From contig JAHQWK010000001.1 of NCBI GenBank assembly GCA_029856145.1, forward strand, positions 96,001 through 160,000: 64,000 nt of DNA, given 5' to 3'. Below the pieces are notes generated by a model. That model ran no database searches. It had not been told where the DNA came from and worked only from the letters and a program-made list of their open reading frames with translations. Shown in pieces: positions 40,477 to 50,900 of the stretch. The number at the start of each line of letters is the position of its first letter. The stretch's first letter is position 1. Made by a program: the position numbers and the translations under genes. The stretch comes from Promethearchaeia archaeon. GTDB taxonomy: Archaea > Asgardarchaeota > Lokiarchaeia > Sigyniarchaeales > SOKP01.

Positions 40477-40911
40477 TTATTTCAGTTTTTTAAAACCATT
40501 GTTTAAATATACCAAGAACATTCGAAATAATTTTATAAATCTTAAACCTTGAGAGAGATCTCCATCAACCTTTATTAATCCTTTCATAAACGCATCAGTT
40601 CCATACATTTCGCGCTTTAAAATTTTGATTAGTATCTCTTTAGTGTATTTAACTGTAAATGATGCGCTTCTGTTAATTCCTTTTTTATAAATAATTGAAC
40701 CATTAGATACTTTTAACCAAAAATTAAAATTTAAGTCAGTAATGATGATTTGGTATATATAATTGTAATCTTCTATTTCTTCTCTTAAATCTTCAGTATT
40801 TATGAATTTATCAACTGCGAAATTGATGAGTTTGTCTAATACCACGATTAATTCTCCATCGTGTTTTTCTATATTATTAAGAACCGAATTGAAACTCTTC
40901 GAATTAAGCAT
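40477..40911 (-). CDS. SCP2 sterol/lipid-binding domain protein
   Basis: DAFMKGLIKVDGDLSQGLRF. Confidence 0.85.
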   Translation of the reverse strand: MLNSKSFNSVLNNIEKHDGELIVVLDKLINFAVDKFINTEDLREEIEDYNYIYQIIITDLNFNFWLKVSNGSIIYKKGINRSASFTVKYTKEILIKILKREMYGTDAFMKGLIKVDGDLSQGLRFIKLFRMFLVYLNNGFKKLK

Positions 40912-41130
40912 AGTATAGATACTTGATACTAATTCAAATATATTATATTGTTATACCTAAATATTCCTTATAATCTACATCCCCTTTAAGCAATATAAAT
41001 CTTTCTATTGGATGTAAAACAAGCTTTTCAGAATAAAATTTTTATATTTTCATATATTTTCTATTCTGAGAATATAAATTTATATAATAAAACTTTTATA
41101 TACTCATCTGTATTTAATAAAAATGACTTT

Positions 41131-41238
41131 GCGGCTATAGTGTAGCCCGGTCTAGCATTCGGGACTGTCACTCCTGCGACAATGCGTGACTAAACGTCGC
41201 TCATCGTGAAGCGGGTTCAAATCCCGCTAGCCGCGCCA
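41131..41238 (+). tRNA. tRNA-Asp(GTC) with non-canonical intron at 48/49 (41181-41210) and encoded CCA
   Basis: GCGGCTA/TAGCCGC; CGGGA-CT-GTC-AC-TCCTG; CGAC[30 nt]GCGGG-TTCAAAT-CCCGC; TGCG/CGTG BHB helix. Confidence 0.9.
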
Positions 41239-41395
41239 CTTTAACATAATTTCATGAATTCTTAATTTTCAATTAGATAAAAAAGTTAGTATAATTTATT
41301 GAGATTCTAAATTGAACTTTATAGATTGAATTAATAAAAAAAAAAAGAAAATGATTCTTTGAAAGTCTTTTAGGTTGTTTCTATTTGTTCCTTTC

Positions 41396-41842
41396 TTATA
41401 GATCTTCTACAAGATCCTCGTAAGCTTCCAAGGCTAACTCTATAATTTCTTGGAAAGCCATTGCGTCCTGGAGATTACCTTCTACTGTAATATCGCCGGC
41501 CATATAAGCTGAAGTAGCGTCGACTTCTCCCATAAGAATTCCTGCACCGACTTCAAGCGTCGAGGACATTGTAAATGAAGGATTATCGACATCTCCTTCA
41601 CCGTATTCCAAAGTCCCTTCCTTAACTGTTAGCCAGTACTTTTTATCAATATCAGTTAATATCTGGGATATAGCTATGTCCATATCCTCAAGTTCTTCTT
41701 TGAGATCTTCATTTTCTGTTGAGATTTGCTTAACAAAGTCGTACATAAGCATTACGTCTGCGTCAGATGCGGAGGACGCTCCAGCATCTTGGGCTGCTTT
41801 TATTTTTTTTAATAATGATTCGTCAACCATTTTAATTTTCAA
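41396..41842 (-). CDS. Acidic SCP2 sterol/lipid-binding domain protein
   Basis: GEVDATSAYMAGDITVEGNLQDAMAF. Confidence 0.88.
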   Translation of the reverse strand: MKIKMVDESLLKKIKAAQDAGASSASDADVMLMYDFVKQISTENEDLKEELEDMDIAISQILTDIDKKYWLTVKEGTLEYGEGDVDNPSFTMSSTLEVGAGILMGEVDATSAYMAGDITVEGNLQDAMAFQEIIELALEAYEDLVEDL

Positions 41843-42314
41843 CCTTCTTTTATATTTTTATTGCCTTATTTTAAATATATATTGTATAAATAACAATATT
41901 AAAAGGTTATAATGATATAAAAAGGTTTTATTTCTTTTTTTTTTAAAATGGATATAATCCACTAGAATATATTAGATAGTTGAAAATAGTACCTAATAAT
42001 ATATTATACGTATATTATTTTGCCTTAAAACCACGTTTTAGAAAATTTAAGTAGTTAATGCAAAAAATTAAATCATTACATTTTCATTATGTGTTTGAGA
42101 TAAATCGACAAATTTTGGTATTAGGTGTTTTAATATAAAAATAGTTTTAGAACGATTACATGAAAGCACAGATAACCTTGTAAATCAGCAGTTTTATAAA
42201 GATGGTCGAGATATAATTATAGGTAGAACACCTGAAATTTCTCTGAAAATAAGCAACTCAGGCCAAATAATAAGGAAATTTAAAGATTTATTTAACGAAA
42301 ATTTAGACTTATTT

Positions 42315-42758
42315 TTGGATGGTAAATATTTAGAATTTCTTAGTCTTTTCAAAAAAATTAAAGGTTTGGACGAGAATTATATTAGAGAAATCTATCAAGA
42401 TCTCCAACTTAAATTTGAAAACTTGAAGGAGGCTGAGCATATTAATGCCGTTATTTTGTACTCCCTTGTTTTAAATTCTCTTATTTCAAGTATACGAGAT
42501 CTTAATTTTGGAGAAGCAATTAGAGAAATTAAAAAACGGATATTAAAAAAATTAAAAATTCATGAAAATAAGATTCAAGCAGAACTAGATAAATTATTTA
42601 TGAGAAATGATAAAAACGTTTCAATTTTATATAATCTCTCTTACCTCGATACATTAGCAGAATCTTTCAATTATAAGAAGGTTGCTCGTATTTGCAAAAT
42701 TCAAAAGAGTAAGTTTATGAATCGAATTGTGAAACTCATTATCTCATCAAATAATTAG
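42315..42758 (+). CDS. Hypothetical helical protein
   Basis: 147-aa ORF, no motif recognised. Confidence 0.55.
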   Translation: MDGKYLEFLSLFKKIKGLDENYIREIYQDLQLKFENLKEAEHINAVILYSLVLNSLISSIRDLNFGEAIREIKKRILKKLKIHENKIQAELDKLFMRNDKNVSILYNLSYLDTLAESFNYKKVARICKIQKSKFMNRIVKLIISSNN

Positions 42759-43512
42759 GTTCATTTAAATCCTCGAAAAAAACATGAGCGAGAGTTTTTA
42801 TAACCATTTTTTTCAAATTCTCATCATATAATCGTATTCGATCTGAAAATTCAATCTGAATTGTTTGACTTTTTGGAATACGAGAAGCACCATATTGTGT
42901 TGTTGTATAACCTCCAGTTAACACATACTCTTTTCTTCTAGGATGACCTGGAGCAATTGGTATATCTAATAGGAGCAATTTCTGAATTATTTTTCCGCGA
43001 ATATTTTTTTCCCAATCTCTCTTTTGAATTGGTTCAGAAAAAAATGATTCTAGATTATTTGTGCCTAAAATTACTTCAACATCTCGAAAACCCGGAGGAC
43101 GAGCGTCTTTTTCAAAGCCATGTATATCTATCAGTAAAGAACGATTATACTTTTCTAGATTTTTAAAAACCCATTCCTTAATTTTATCATGGTAAAATCT
43201 ATAAATTTCTCTAGCAAGAAATGAATTTTGATTATATGCTTCATACTCACTACGATTTAAATCAATTTTACTTCGTCGTACCCTTGAACTAATGTAAAAA
43301 GGTGTTTTAAATCTCAATTTTTCGTTTTTAAAATTGATACTAATCTGCTTAATTAAATTTTTAGCTAATTTTATAGTCCCTTTATCAATTCCTAAAACAC
43401 CTTTTGTTCTTTGAGGAATAGAATCACACTCTAATATTCCACCATGGGGAACAGACAAAATTAATGGGATATTACCTTTTTCAAACTCTATATAATCTTT
43501 TATTTCATGCAT
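42739..43512 (-). CDS. N-formylglutamate amidohydrolase-family protein
   Basis: ILSVPHGG, IDLNR, LLIDIHG, GGYTT, IQIEF. Confidence 0.8.
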   Translation of the reverse strand: MHEIKDYIEFEKGNIPLILSVPHGGILECDSIPQRTKGVLGIDKGTIKLAKNLIKQISINFKNEKLRFKTPFYISSRVRRSKIDLNRSEYEAYNQNSFLAREIYRFYHDKIKEWVFKNLEKYNRSLLIDIHGFEKDARPPGFRDVEVILGTNNLESFFSEPIQKRDWEKNIRGKIIQKLLLLDIPIAPGHPRRKEYVLTGGYTTTQYGASRIPKSQTIQIEFSDRIRLYDENLKKMVIKTLAHVFFEDLNEPNYLMR

Positions 43513-43547
43513 TTCTTTTAGAATGATAATTAAAAAAAAAGATTAAA

Positions 43548-43997
43548 TTATTGGAGAGTTAAATATCGAAGTATTATGAAGATGCTGATCCAGATTCCAA
43601 ACCCTATTATTCCGAATGTATAATAAGCAAACGCACTTTTTTCTTTTTCAAACGTAAGATATGCGAATAACCATGTTCCAAGCCCACCTAATGCGCATAA
43701 AAGAACATCAGTAGTCATATTCGCCCAACTGTCAGGTCGGTTTTCAAATTTCCAACCTAATTGAAGAAATAATGTGTGTTCAATGATTTCCCAAACTACT
43801 GCGCATAAAATCGTAAGGATAAAAACAAACAATAATGAGAAGATTGGAATTCTACCTTTTTTTTTGGGTATTGTATAAAACAATGACCAAAATAAAAATA
43901 GTCCTATTCCAAAACATATATGCCCTATCGAAAAAAAATCAAAAACAGAAATCCCTACTTCATCAGCTGTGGTTGCGAACCATAGATTGAGTAACAT
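43548..43997 (-). CDS. Membrane protein (HxxxG / WExxE / DSxxNxxxD family)
   Basis: DFFSIGHICFG, WEIIEH, DSWANMTTD. Confidence 0.65.
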   Translation of the reverse strand: MLLNLWFATTADEVGISVFDFFSIGHICFGIGLFLFWSLFYTIPKKKGRIPIFSLLFVFILTILCAVVWEIIEHTLFLQLGWKFENRPDSWANMTTDVLLCALGGLGTWLFAYLTFEKEKSAFAYYTFGIIGFGIWISIFIILRYLTLQ

Positions 43998-44138
43998 ATT
44001 CCTAACTCCTTATTAGATTTTAAGTAATAAATCACGTAACACTAATTTAAGTTTAAGTATTATACTAAACTGGAGAGTCATCTTAGAAAAATTATAAGTG
44101 TTGTAGATTAATAGAATTTTTTTGATATAACTGATAGG

Positions 44139-45437
44139 ATGAAAAATTTGTCTAAAGATTCTGCTTTAGTTGTATATTATTATAAGAATAATATCTATAG
44201 TTTCAATGCTTTAGTCGGGGCATTGGAAACAGATAGCTACTTCGATGATTTTAATATTTACTTTATTAAAAAAAAAGACGAATTAATTTATGGGTTAAAA
44301 GACATAATTAAAAACCACAAATCAATAATTGTTGGATTTTCCTTTTTCACTTCTCAACTATGGGAAATTTATGATTTAATTTCATTATTAAAAAATAAAT
44401 ACAAAGATAGTATTCTTTATATCGCAGGGGGTCCACATGCTACAGGTGATCCCCTAGGAGTACTTAAACTTGGGTTTGATTTTGTCGTTGTAGGTGAGGG
44501 TGAAGAAACAATAATAGAATTATTGAAGAAAGTAGATTTAGGTTCTGATTACGAGAGTTTAAAGGGAATTGCTTTTATTAATGATTCTAATGAATATATT
44601 TTCACCGGAAAAAGAGTGGCTATTGATTTAGACGATTATCCTCCATTTCCTTTAAAAAATCAGAGATTTGGGGCAATAGAGATAACCAGAGGTTGTCCTT
44701 ATGTGTGTTATTTTTGTCAAACACCCTATATTTCAGGGACAAAACCAAGACATAGAAGTATTGAATCTATATGTAAATATATACAAATACTGTATAATCA
44801 TTATGGGGATCTTACTGATGTAAGATTTATCACCCCCAATGCATTTTCATATGGATCTCTGGACGGAAAGGTGTTAAATCTAACAAAACTTGAAAATCTG
44901 CTTAAAAAAATAAGAGGGATAATAGGAAAAAAGAGTCGTTTATTTTTAGGGACTTTTCCATCAGAGGTGAGACCTGAACACGTTACTAATAACTCACTAG
45001 ATTTAGTCTTAAAATATGCTGATAATGATAATATCACCATTGGAGCACAGTCCGGTAGTCAAAGAATCTTAGATCTGTGTCATAGAGATCATACAGTTGA
45101 AGATATATATAATGCTGTCAAATTGACGGTAGAACATAATTTAAAAATTAATGTGGACTTTATTTTCGGTTTACCTGGAGAAAATGAAGAAGATATATTG
45201 CTCACAATTTCTATGATGAGAGAATTGTCAAATAAAGGTGCAAGAGTACATGCTCACTCATTTATTCCTTTACCTCAGACTCCCTTTGCTAAGGCACCTG
45301 TTAATAGAGTTAAAGATTTGTATAAAAAGGAAATTACAAAGTTAATATCAAAAGGATTTGCATTTGGTGATTGGAAGAAACAAGAAAAATTAGCAATCAA
45401 GATAGCTAAATATATGAAGACGATGAAATTAGAATAA
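44139..45437 (+). CDS. B12-binding domain radical SAM protein
   Basis: AGGPHATG, GEGEET, IEITRGCPYVCYFCQT, FPSEVRPE. Confidence 0.88.
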   Translation: MKNLSKDSALVVYYYKNNIYSFNALVGALETDSYFDDFNIYFIKKKDELIYGLKDIIKNHKSIIVGFSFFTSQLWEIYDLISLLKNKYKDSILYIAGGPHATGDPLGVLKLGFDFVVVGEGEETIIELLKKVDLGSDYESLKGIAFINDSNEYIFTGKRVAIDLDDYPPFPLKNQRFGAIEITRGCPYVCYFCQTPYISGTKPRHRSIESICKYIQILYNHYGDLTDVRFITPNAFSYGSLDGKVLNLTKLENLLKKIRGIIGKKSRLFLGTFPSEVRPEHVTNNSLDLVLKYADNDNITIGAQSGSQRILDLCHRDHTVEDIYNAVKLTVEHNLKINVDFIFGLPGENEEDILLTISMMRELSNKGARVHAHSFIPLPQTPFAKAPVNRVKDLYKKEITKLISKGFAFGDWKKQEKLAIKIAKYMKTMKLE

Positions 45438-45443
45438 AGCTCT

Positions 45444-46325
45444 TCATGTTTTTATATTAATAGTATCATCCGTAATCTCAATGAATCCTTCTTTTTCCAA
45501 TTGATTAAGCATATTATTTATTTTTTTTTGTTCGTTACTATCAAATACTCTTTGAATATTCTTTATCTCCATTTTTCCTTGTTTAATTAATAATTCTAGA
45601 ATCTTTCCTCTAATTTGCCTGGTCGATCCTTTAAAAGGTGCTTGCTTTCGATAATGAGTACTTTTTTTATTCAGTTCTGGATGAGCCTTTTTGAGCATTA
45701 CACCATAGTCCATTAGAGCATAATACCATTCGCGAGGATTAGCATTATCAACTGAATTTTTAACGATCGGCAAAATTTCTTTATCATCAATCTTCCTTTT
45801 ATTAGGAAAGAAAAAGTAAATATAAACCCTTCTTATATTCGTTTCAATAAAAGCTGTAGACCTATTAAAAGCAAATGTAATAATTGATGATGCTGTATTA
45901 TGTCCTATTTGTGGAAAAGATTTTAAAATGTCTATTGAATCAGGTAGTTTCCCTTCAAAATTTTTGACAACAGTATCTGCAATCGTTTTTAATGCTATTG
46001 CCCTTCTATTATATCCTAAACCTTTCCATTCCTTAAGAACTTCTTCAAGCGAAGCTATAGATAATGATAAAAAATCTGGAAATTTTTTTTTAAATTTTAA
46101 ATATTTTTCTGATACTCTCCTTGTTTGGGTTTGTTGGAGCATAATTTCTGATACTAGAACATTATAGGGTGTTATATTTTCCCTAAAAGGAAATTTTCTC
46201 TTATGATTTTTATAATAATCATAAATAATTTTCTGAAATAAGTCTATTACTTCAGAGGTTAAACCTCTTTTTATAAAAAGTCTGTGAAAGTCACTGATAA
46301 ATAATTCTTCTCTAATTTTAAACAC
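45444..46325 (-). CDS. mutY: MutY-like HhH-GPD adenine glycosylase (no Fe-S or NUDIX domain)
   Basis: VSEIMLQQTQ, WKGLGYNRRA, ETNIRRV, ALMDYG. Confidence 0.8.
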   Translation of the reverse strand: MFKIREELFISDFHRLFIKRGLTSEVIDLFQKIIYDYYKNHKRKFPFRENITPYNVLVSEIMLQQTQTRRVSEKYLKFKKKFPDFLSLSIASLEEVLKEWKGLGYNRRAIALKTIADTVVKNFEGKLPDSIDILKSFPQIGHNTASSIITFAFNRSTAFIETNIRRVYIYFFFPNKRKIDDKEILPIVKNSVDNANPREWYYALMDYGVMLKKAHPELNKKSTHYRKQAPFKGSTRQIRGKILELLIKQGKMEIKNIQRVFDSNEQKKINNMLNQLEKEGFIEITDDTINIKT

Positions 46326-46420
46326 AGAAAAAATGATAATTATGTAGTATATATAGATAAAGGAATAGTAAAATTGAATTTATGGATTTTAAAATATAAT
46401 TCATACTTGATATTCTTTAA

Positions 46421-48328
46421 TTAAGAAAGATCAAACGCGAATATTGTAACTCCTCCCTCTATTCTTTTCAGGTTTAGCAAATATCCTGAACTATTAATAA
46501 TATGAAGCATTGGTTTATTTTCAAGTAGAATTGATCCAGTAAATGTTCGGTAATTAAGCTCTTTGCCAATTTGTACTAAATAATTCAATAAAAACTTAGT
46601 AATCCCTAGTCCTCTCCAATCCTTATGAACTACAAATGCTATCTCTGCAACAGAAGGTTGAACTGTTTTGAAAAATGCTCCTAATGCAATAATTTTTTCT
46701 TCTCCATTTTCACCATATTCTCCTCCCAAAATCATATCTGTTGAGTAATCAATATTAACCATTGGTTGGATTTTTTTATGGCGAAAATCTTTAACAGGAG
46801 CAAAAAATCTCAAATATCTATCTTGCTCATCCAGGGAATAATGAAGTTCTTGAATCATTCTTTCATCTGTGGGTTTTACAGGGCGAATTTTTATCTTTTT
46901 TCCATTTTGAAGCTTTATTATTAATTCATACTTTTCTGGATAAACACTTATTCTTCCATCTATAGATATTGGCAACTTTTGATCTGAATATATATACTTC
47001 CATTTTTTTGCATGTTCTAATAATTCTTCTCGAAAATCTGGATGTGCAATATTAATCATTTCAAGAACTCTTTCTCTAATACTTTTTCCATAAAGATAAG
47101 CAATACCCCATTCAGTCACCACGTAATGGATATCTCCTCTTGTAATTACAACACCAGAACCGGGCTGAAGATAAGGAACTATTCGAGAAACTATGGTTCC
47201 ATCTTTTAGAGTTGCCGTAGAAGGCAAGGTCATAATTGGCTTTCCATTAATTGCTCTTCCAGCACCTCTTACAAAATCAACTTGACCGCCAATTCCGCTG
47301 TAAAATCGGTGACCTAAGGAATCTGAATTTACTTGTCCTGTTAAATCGACACTTAGAGCTGCATTTATAGCTACTTGTTTTTTATTTTTACTAATAATAT
47401 AGGGATCATTAGTATAATCACAAGGATGGAATTCCACCATAGGATTATCATCAACAAAATCATATAATCTTTTTGACCCCATTACAAAGGAACAAATGAT
47501 CTTATCTTTATGTAAAGTCTTTTTTTTACATGTTATTACGCCTTCTTCCACAAGATCAACTATCCCATCCGAAAATACCTCACTATGAACACCTAAATCT
47601 TTTTTCTCCTTTAATTCTTTAGTAACTGCATTTGGAATCTGACCAATTCCCATTTGAATAGTAGATTCATCTTCAATTAAAGAAGCTACAAATTTAGCTA
47701 TTCTAGTGGAAACATCATCGAGCTCACCATAAGTGAATTCAATAATATCGTGATCACTAAGTACATATGCATCAATATCATTCATATGAATGAATGAATC
47801 ACCTAAAGTACGTGGCATTTTAGGGTTTATCTCAGCTACAACTTGGTCGGCAGATTCAGCTATGGGTTTTACAATATCCACATTGATTCCATAACTACAA
47901 AAACCGTATCTGTCTGGTGGACTCACTTGAATTAAGGCTGTATCCATGTGAATTTTTCCAGAGTTGAATAGTTTAGGAATTTCTGAAAGAGGCATTGGAG
48001 TATAATCTGCTTGACCAACTTCCACATATTTTCGCAGTGATTTTCCAATAAAAAATGCATTATGTCTAAATAAATCTTCTATTCCTCCAGCTGTTTCATA
48101 ATAATCTAAATCGCTGAGACTAAGAAAATGCAATATCTCAACATCTGGAAGTTGACGTCCCATTTCAATTAATTTTTTTGTAAGATCAATTGGTTCTGAA
48201 CAACCAGAATCAATAAAAATTCGATTTCCTGGTTTGATATATTTCCTAATCGCTGTGTCTAATGGCACTTGTTTCTTACTATGATTATTTAATGTTTTTA
48301 AGAGATCTTTATTTGAGATTGGCACCAA
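46421..48328 (-). CDS. Acetyl-CoA hydrolase/transferase fused to GNAT domain
   Basis: QMGIGQIP, GVHSE, SGIGGQVDFVRGA, VTEWG; C-terminal IRPVKPTDE..AEIAFVV..RGLG. Confidence 0.92.
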   Translation of the reverse strand: MVPISNKDLLKTLNNHSKKQVPLDTAIRKYIKPGNRIFIDSGCSEPIDLTKKLIEMGRQLPDVEILHFLSLSDLDYYETAGGIEDLFRHNAFFIGKSLRKYVEVGQADYTPMPLSEIPKLFNSGKIHMDTALIQVSPPDRYGFCSYGINVDIVKPIAESADQVVAEINPKMPRTLGDSFIHMNDIDAYVLSDHDIIEFTYGELDDVSTRIAKFVASLIEDESTIQMGIGQIPNAVTKELKEKKDLGVHSEVFSDGIVDLVEEGVITCKKKTLHKDKIICSFVMGSKRLYDFVDDNPMVEFHPCDYTNDPYIISKNKKQVAINAALSVDLTGQVNSDSLGHRFYSGIGGQVDFVRGAGRAINGKPIMTLPSTATLKDGTIVSRIVPYLQPGSGVVITRGDIHYVVTEWGIAYLYGKSIRERVLEMINIAHPDFREELLEHAKKWKYIYSDQKLPISIDGRISVYPEKYELIIKLQNGKKIKIRPVKPTDERMIQELHYSLDEQDRYLRFFAPVKDFRHKKIQPMVNIDYSTDMILGGEYGENGEEKIIALGAFFKTVQPSVAEIAFVVHKDWRGLGITKFLLNYLVQIGKELNYRTFTGSILLENKPMLHIINSSGYLLNLKRIEGGVTIFAFDLS

Positions 48329-48686
48329 AAAAACACCCTATTTTTTTCATAATACACTTTAATTAGTGTCTACATGATTTTAAATATAATTATAAGAGAT
48401 GTAAAAATGAAAATATTCTTTAATTAAAATCTCAAGGGAAACGGCCTAAAACAAGACAAAAAATTGGACTTAAAGATAAATTAGCTGCTTTAAAAACCAT
48501 TAAACAGAGTGAATCATCAGAAGAACTTTAAATATACAATTTTTTTTTTCAATTGTTCTTTTTAGAATGCTTTCTTTTTGAATGATATCCTTCAATTGTT
48601 CTTTTTAAAGCAAAATAAACAATAATAAATATTCGCTTTCCTTCTAGAACTTATATTTTTATGAAAATGATTTCCTACGATTACAT

Positions 48687-49025
48687 ATGGCAAAAGATAA
48701 AGTCGATATTGAAGATCTAGAAGCGTTTATTAATGGCTTAAAGCATTCTTTTGATACTTTGGAAGATATTGATCCAACACAATCAAAAGGATTTCAGGCG
48801 CAATTAGCAAAAGCAATATCAGATTTAAGGATAAAAAGAGCTGCCAAATTTGAACCTCTTCCAAAACACATTGGTCAATTTACCAAAGATGATCTCAAGA
48901 ATTTATTACTAAAGGAGTTAGAATCTTTACAAAATGATTTAGATTCTTCTGATTATAATTGGAGAAAAAAGTTTGAATTAGTAAAAAAAATTGCTCTTGT
49001 ACGAGAGCAAGTAAATAATATGTAA
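48687..49025 (+). CDS. Hypothetical protein
   Basis: 112-aa helical ORF upstream of tatD. Confidence 0.55.
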   Translation: MAKDKVDIEDLEAFINGLKHSFDTLEDIDPTQSKGFQAQLAKAISDLRIKRAAKFEPLPKHIGQFTKDDLKNLLLKELESLQNDLDSSDYNWRKKFELVKKIALVREQVNNM

Positions 49026-49068
49026 TCCGTTTATTCTCTCAGTAATTTTAACATTAATCCTTGAGGTT

Positions 49069-49830
49069 TTGAAAATGTTAATAGATATCCATTGTCATGC
49101 TAATCTCTATCTTAATCTTGAAAAAATTATTAAAGAAGCGAAAAATGTTGGAGTAGAAAAGATTATTTCTGTTGGTATGAGTTTTACTAGCCTAGAAAGG
49201 ATATTAGAAATATCTGACAAATATGATACAATTTATCCTGCTTTAGGAATCCATCCTGAAGAAGTGAGGATGAATAAAAACATTGGTAATCAATTAGATT
49301 TAGTAGTGGATATTATTAAAAAAAATAATGCAAAAATTTGTGCTATAGGGGAGATTGGTTTAGATTATCATTTTGTTAAAGAAAAGGAGTTATATCCTCT
49401 TCAAAAGGATATCTTTAAGATTATGCTTGGATTAGCGCAGGAATTGAATTTACCTGTTAATTTACATACTAATGGGGCAGAAAAAATAGTTTTTGACATG
49501 CTACCCTCATATAATATCCCCAATGTTAATATTCATTGGTATTCTGGACCTGAACAATTTTTAAATTTAGGAATAGATAGGGGATACTTTTTCTCAGTTA
49601 CACCTGCAATTAGTTATTCACCAGCAGTTAAGAATACTGTTTTAAAAATTGATAAAGATTTCATTCTTCTCGAGAGTGATGGGCCAGTAAAATACTCAGG
49701 AAAAATCGGCACTCCTGCAATGATTAGAGATGTGTTAAATGCAATATCTAAGCTAAAGAAAATTGATTCTAAAGAATTAGAAATACAAATAGAAAATAAT
49801 ACTAAATTAATTTTCCCAAAAATCTTTTAA
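49069..49830 (+). CDS. tatD: TatD-family nuclease
   Basis: DIHCH, GIHPE, IGEIGLDY, HWYSG, ESDGP. Confidence 0.93.
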   Translation: MKMLIDIHCHANLYLNLEKIIKEAKNVGVEKIISVGMSFTSLERILEISDKYDTIYPALGIHPEEVRMNKNIGNQLDLVVDIIKKNNAKICAIGEIGLDYHFVKEKELYPLQKDIFKIMLGLAQELNLPVNLHTNGAEKIVFDMLPSYNIPNVNIHWYSGPEQFLNLGIDRGYFFSVTPAISYSPAVKNTVLKIDKDFILLESDGPVKYSGKIGTPAMIRDVLNAISKLKKIDSKELEIQIENNTKLIFPKIF

Positions 49831-49935
49831 GAAATAATCATATTATTATGGTTTACTTCACTCAATTATTAAGTTTCCAACATCTATGATATTTTTAGGA
49901 AAGTTTTGTTAATTAATTTATAATTTAGTATTTAA

Positions 49936-50811
49936 TTAATTGGGTTTTTCAGCGATAATAAATATTTGATGTTCTGGTACAACAGGTTCATCAATTCCAA
50001 CATATTTGGTTTCAATCACATCAAATCCATATGATTTCAGAAGTTTTTTCCATTCTTCCACCTTAAGGAAATTAAGAGGTACATTGATATCTTCATCCCC
50101 AATTACTCGATTGTAAAACCAATCAAAAAAGCTATTAGTCATCCTAATATCATCTTCTTCAACATAAGCTTCTTTAATAATTAGGCGATGTTTAGTTACT
50201 CTCGTTGCTTCCTCCAATAAATGTTCGGGGTCGCTCGCATGATGTAAAACAGTATATAAAATTGTAGTATCTACTTCCCCATCTGATAACGGTACTTTAC
50301 CCTCTGGATTGTATAAGATCAATGGTAGGTTCGTATAATTATAATCTACAATATCAACAAGTAAGACTTCTTTATCAAGCTGTTCTTTTATTTCTAGCGC
50401 TAAAAGCCCATTTCCTGCACCAAGATCAAGTATCTTCTTTCCTACGATGTAGTTTTTAACTTTTTCACACCTTATTTTAGCCTGTTTGAATTCTTTAGCC
50501 TTGAGATCTTTTTCATTATCGACATGTTTTCTGATAAATTTTCGAAATGCTTCTTCAACTTTAATAAGAGGTGTTCCTTTTTTCAGGCCTCTAGTTATGG
50601 TTCTATTTACATAAAACCAAAAAATTTGTCTTTTAAAAAAATTTAAATTAGCATTTTTCATGGCAGATAAAAATAATGACCGAATTTCATTCCAATAGTA
50701 CCTATTTTTTTTAATTTTCTTAGAAAATATTGGATATATGAGACTTTCCACAACATCAATATCGTTTTGATTAGCAGGTTTGTAAAATTTAATTATTTCT
50801 TCTTGAATCAA
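49936..50811 (-). CDS. Class I SAM-dependent methyltransferase
   Basis: ILDLGAGNG, VLHHASDP..LLEEATRV. Confidence 0.85.
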   Translation of the reverse strand: MIQEEIIKFYKPANQNDIDVVESLIYPIFSKKIKKNRYYWNEIRSLFLSAMKNANLNFFKRQIFWFYVNRTITRGLKKGTPLIKVEEAFRKFIRKHVDNEKDLKAKEFKQAKIRCEKVKNYIVGKKILDLGAGNGLLALEIKEQLDKEVLLVDIVDYNYTNLPLILYNPEGKVPLSDGEVDTTILYTVLHHASDPEHLLEEATRVTKHRLIIKEAYVEEDDIRMTNSFFDWFYNRVIGDEDINVPLNFLKVEEWKKLLKSYGFDVIETKYVGIDEPVVPEHQIFIIAEKPN

Positions 50812-50840
50812 TTATTTATCACAACCACTTAATTTTTAAG

Positions 50841-50886
50841 TAAGTGAGTATTTACTCACTTATAAACTTTATGAGTAATTGCTCAT
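50841..50886. promoter_or_regulatory. Candidate TetR operators
   Basis: Perfect palindrome TAAGTGAGTA-TT-TACTCACTTA (50841-50862) and weaker ATGAGTA-AT-TGCTCAT (50871-50886) between divergent genes. Confidence 0.7.
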
Positions 50887-50900
50887 TTAATATTATTATA

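Noticed and set aside
45444-48328. Cluster-less MutY and CoA-transferase-GNAT fusion as novelties
   Set aside because: Both architectures are already familiar from bacteria and archaea
48548-48607. 17-bp direct repeat TTCAATTGTTCTTTTTA twice, as a mini-CRISPR
   Set aside because: Only two short low-complexity copies and no cas genes in the window
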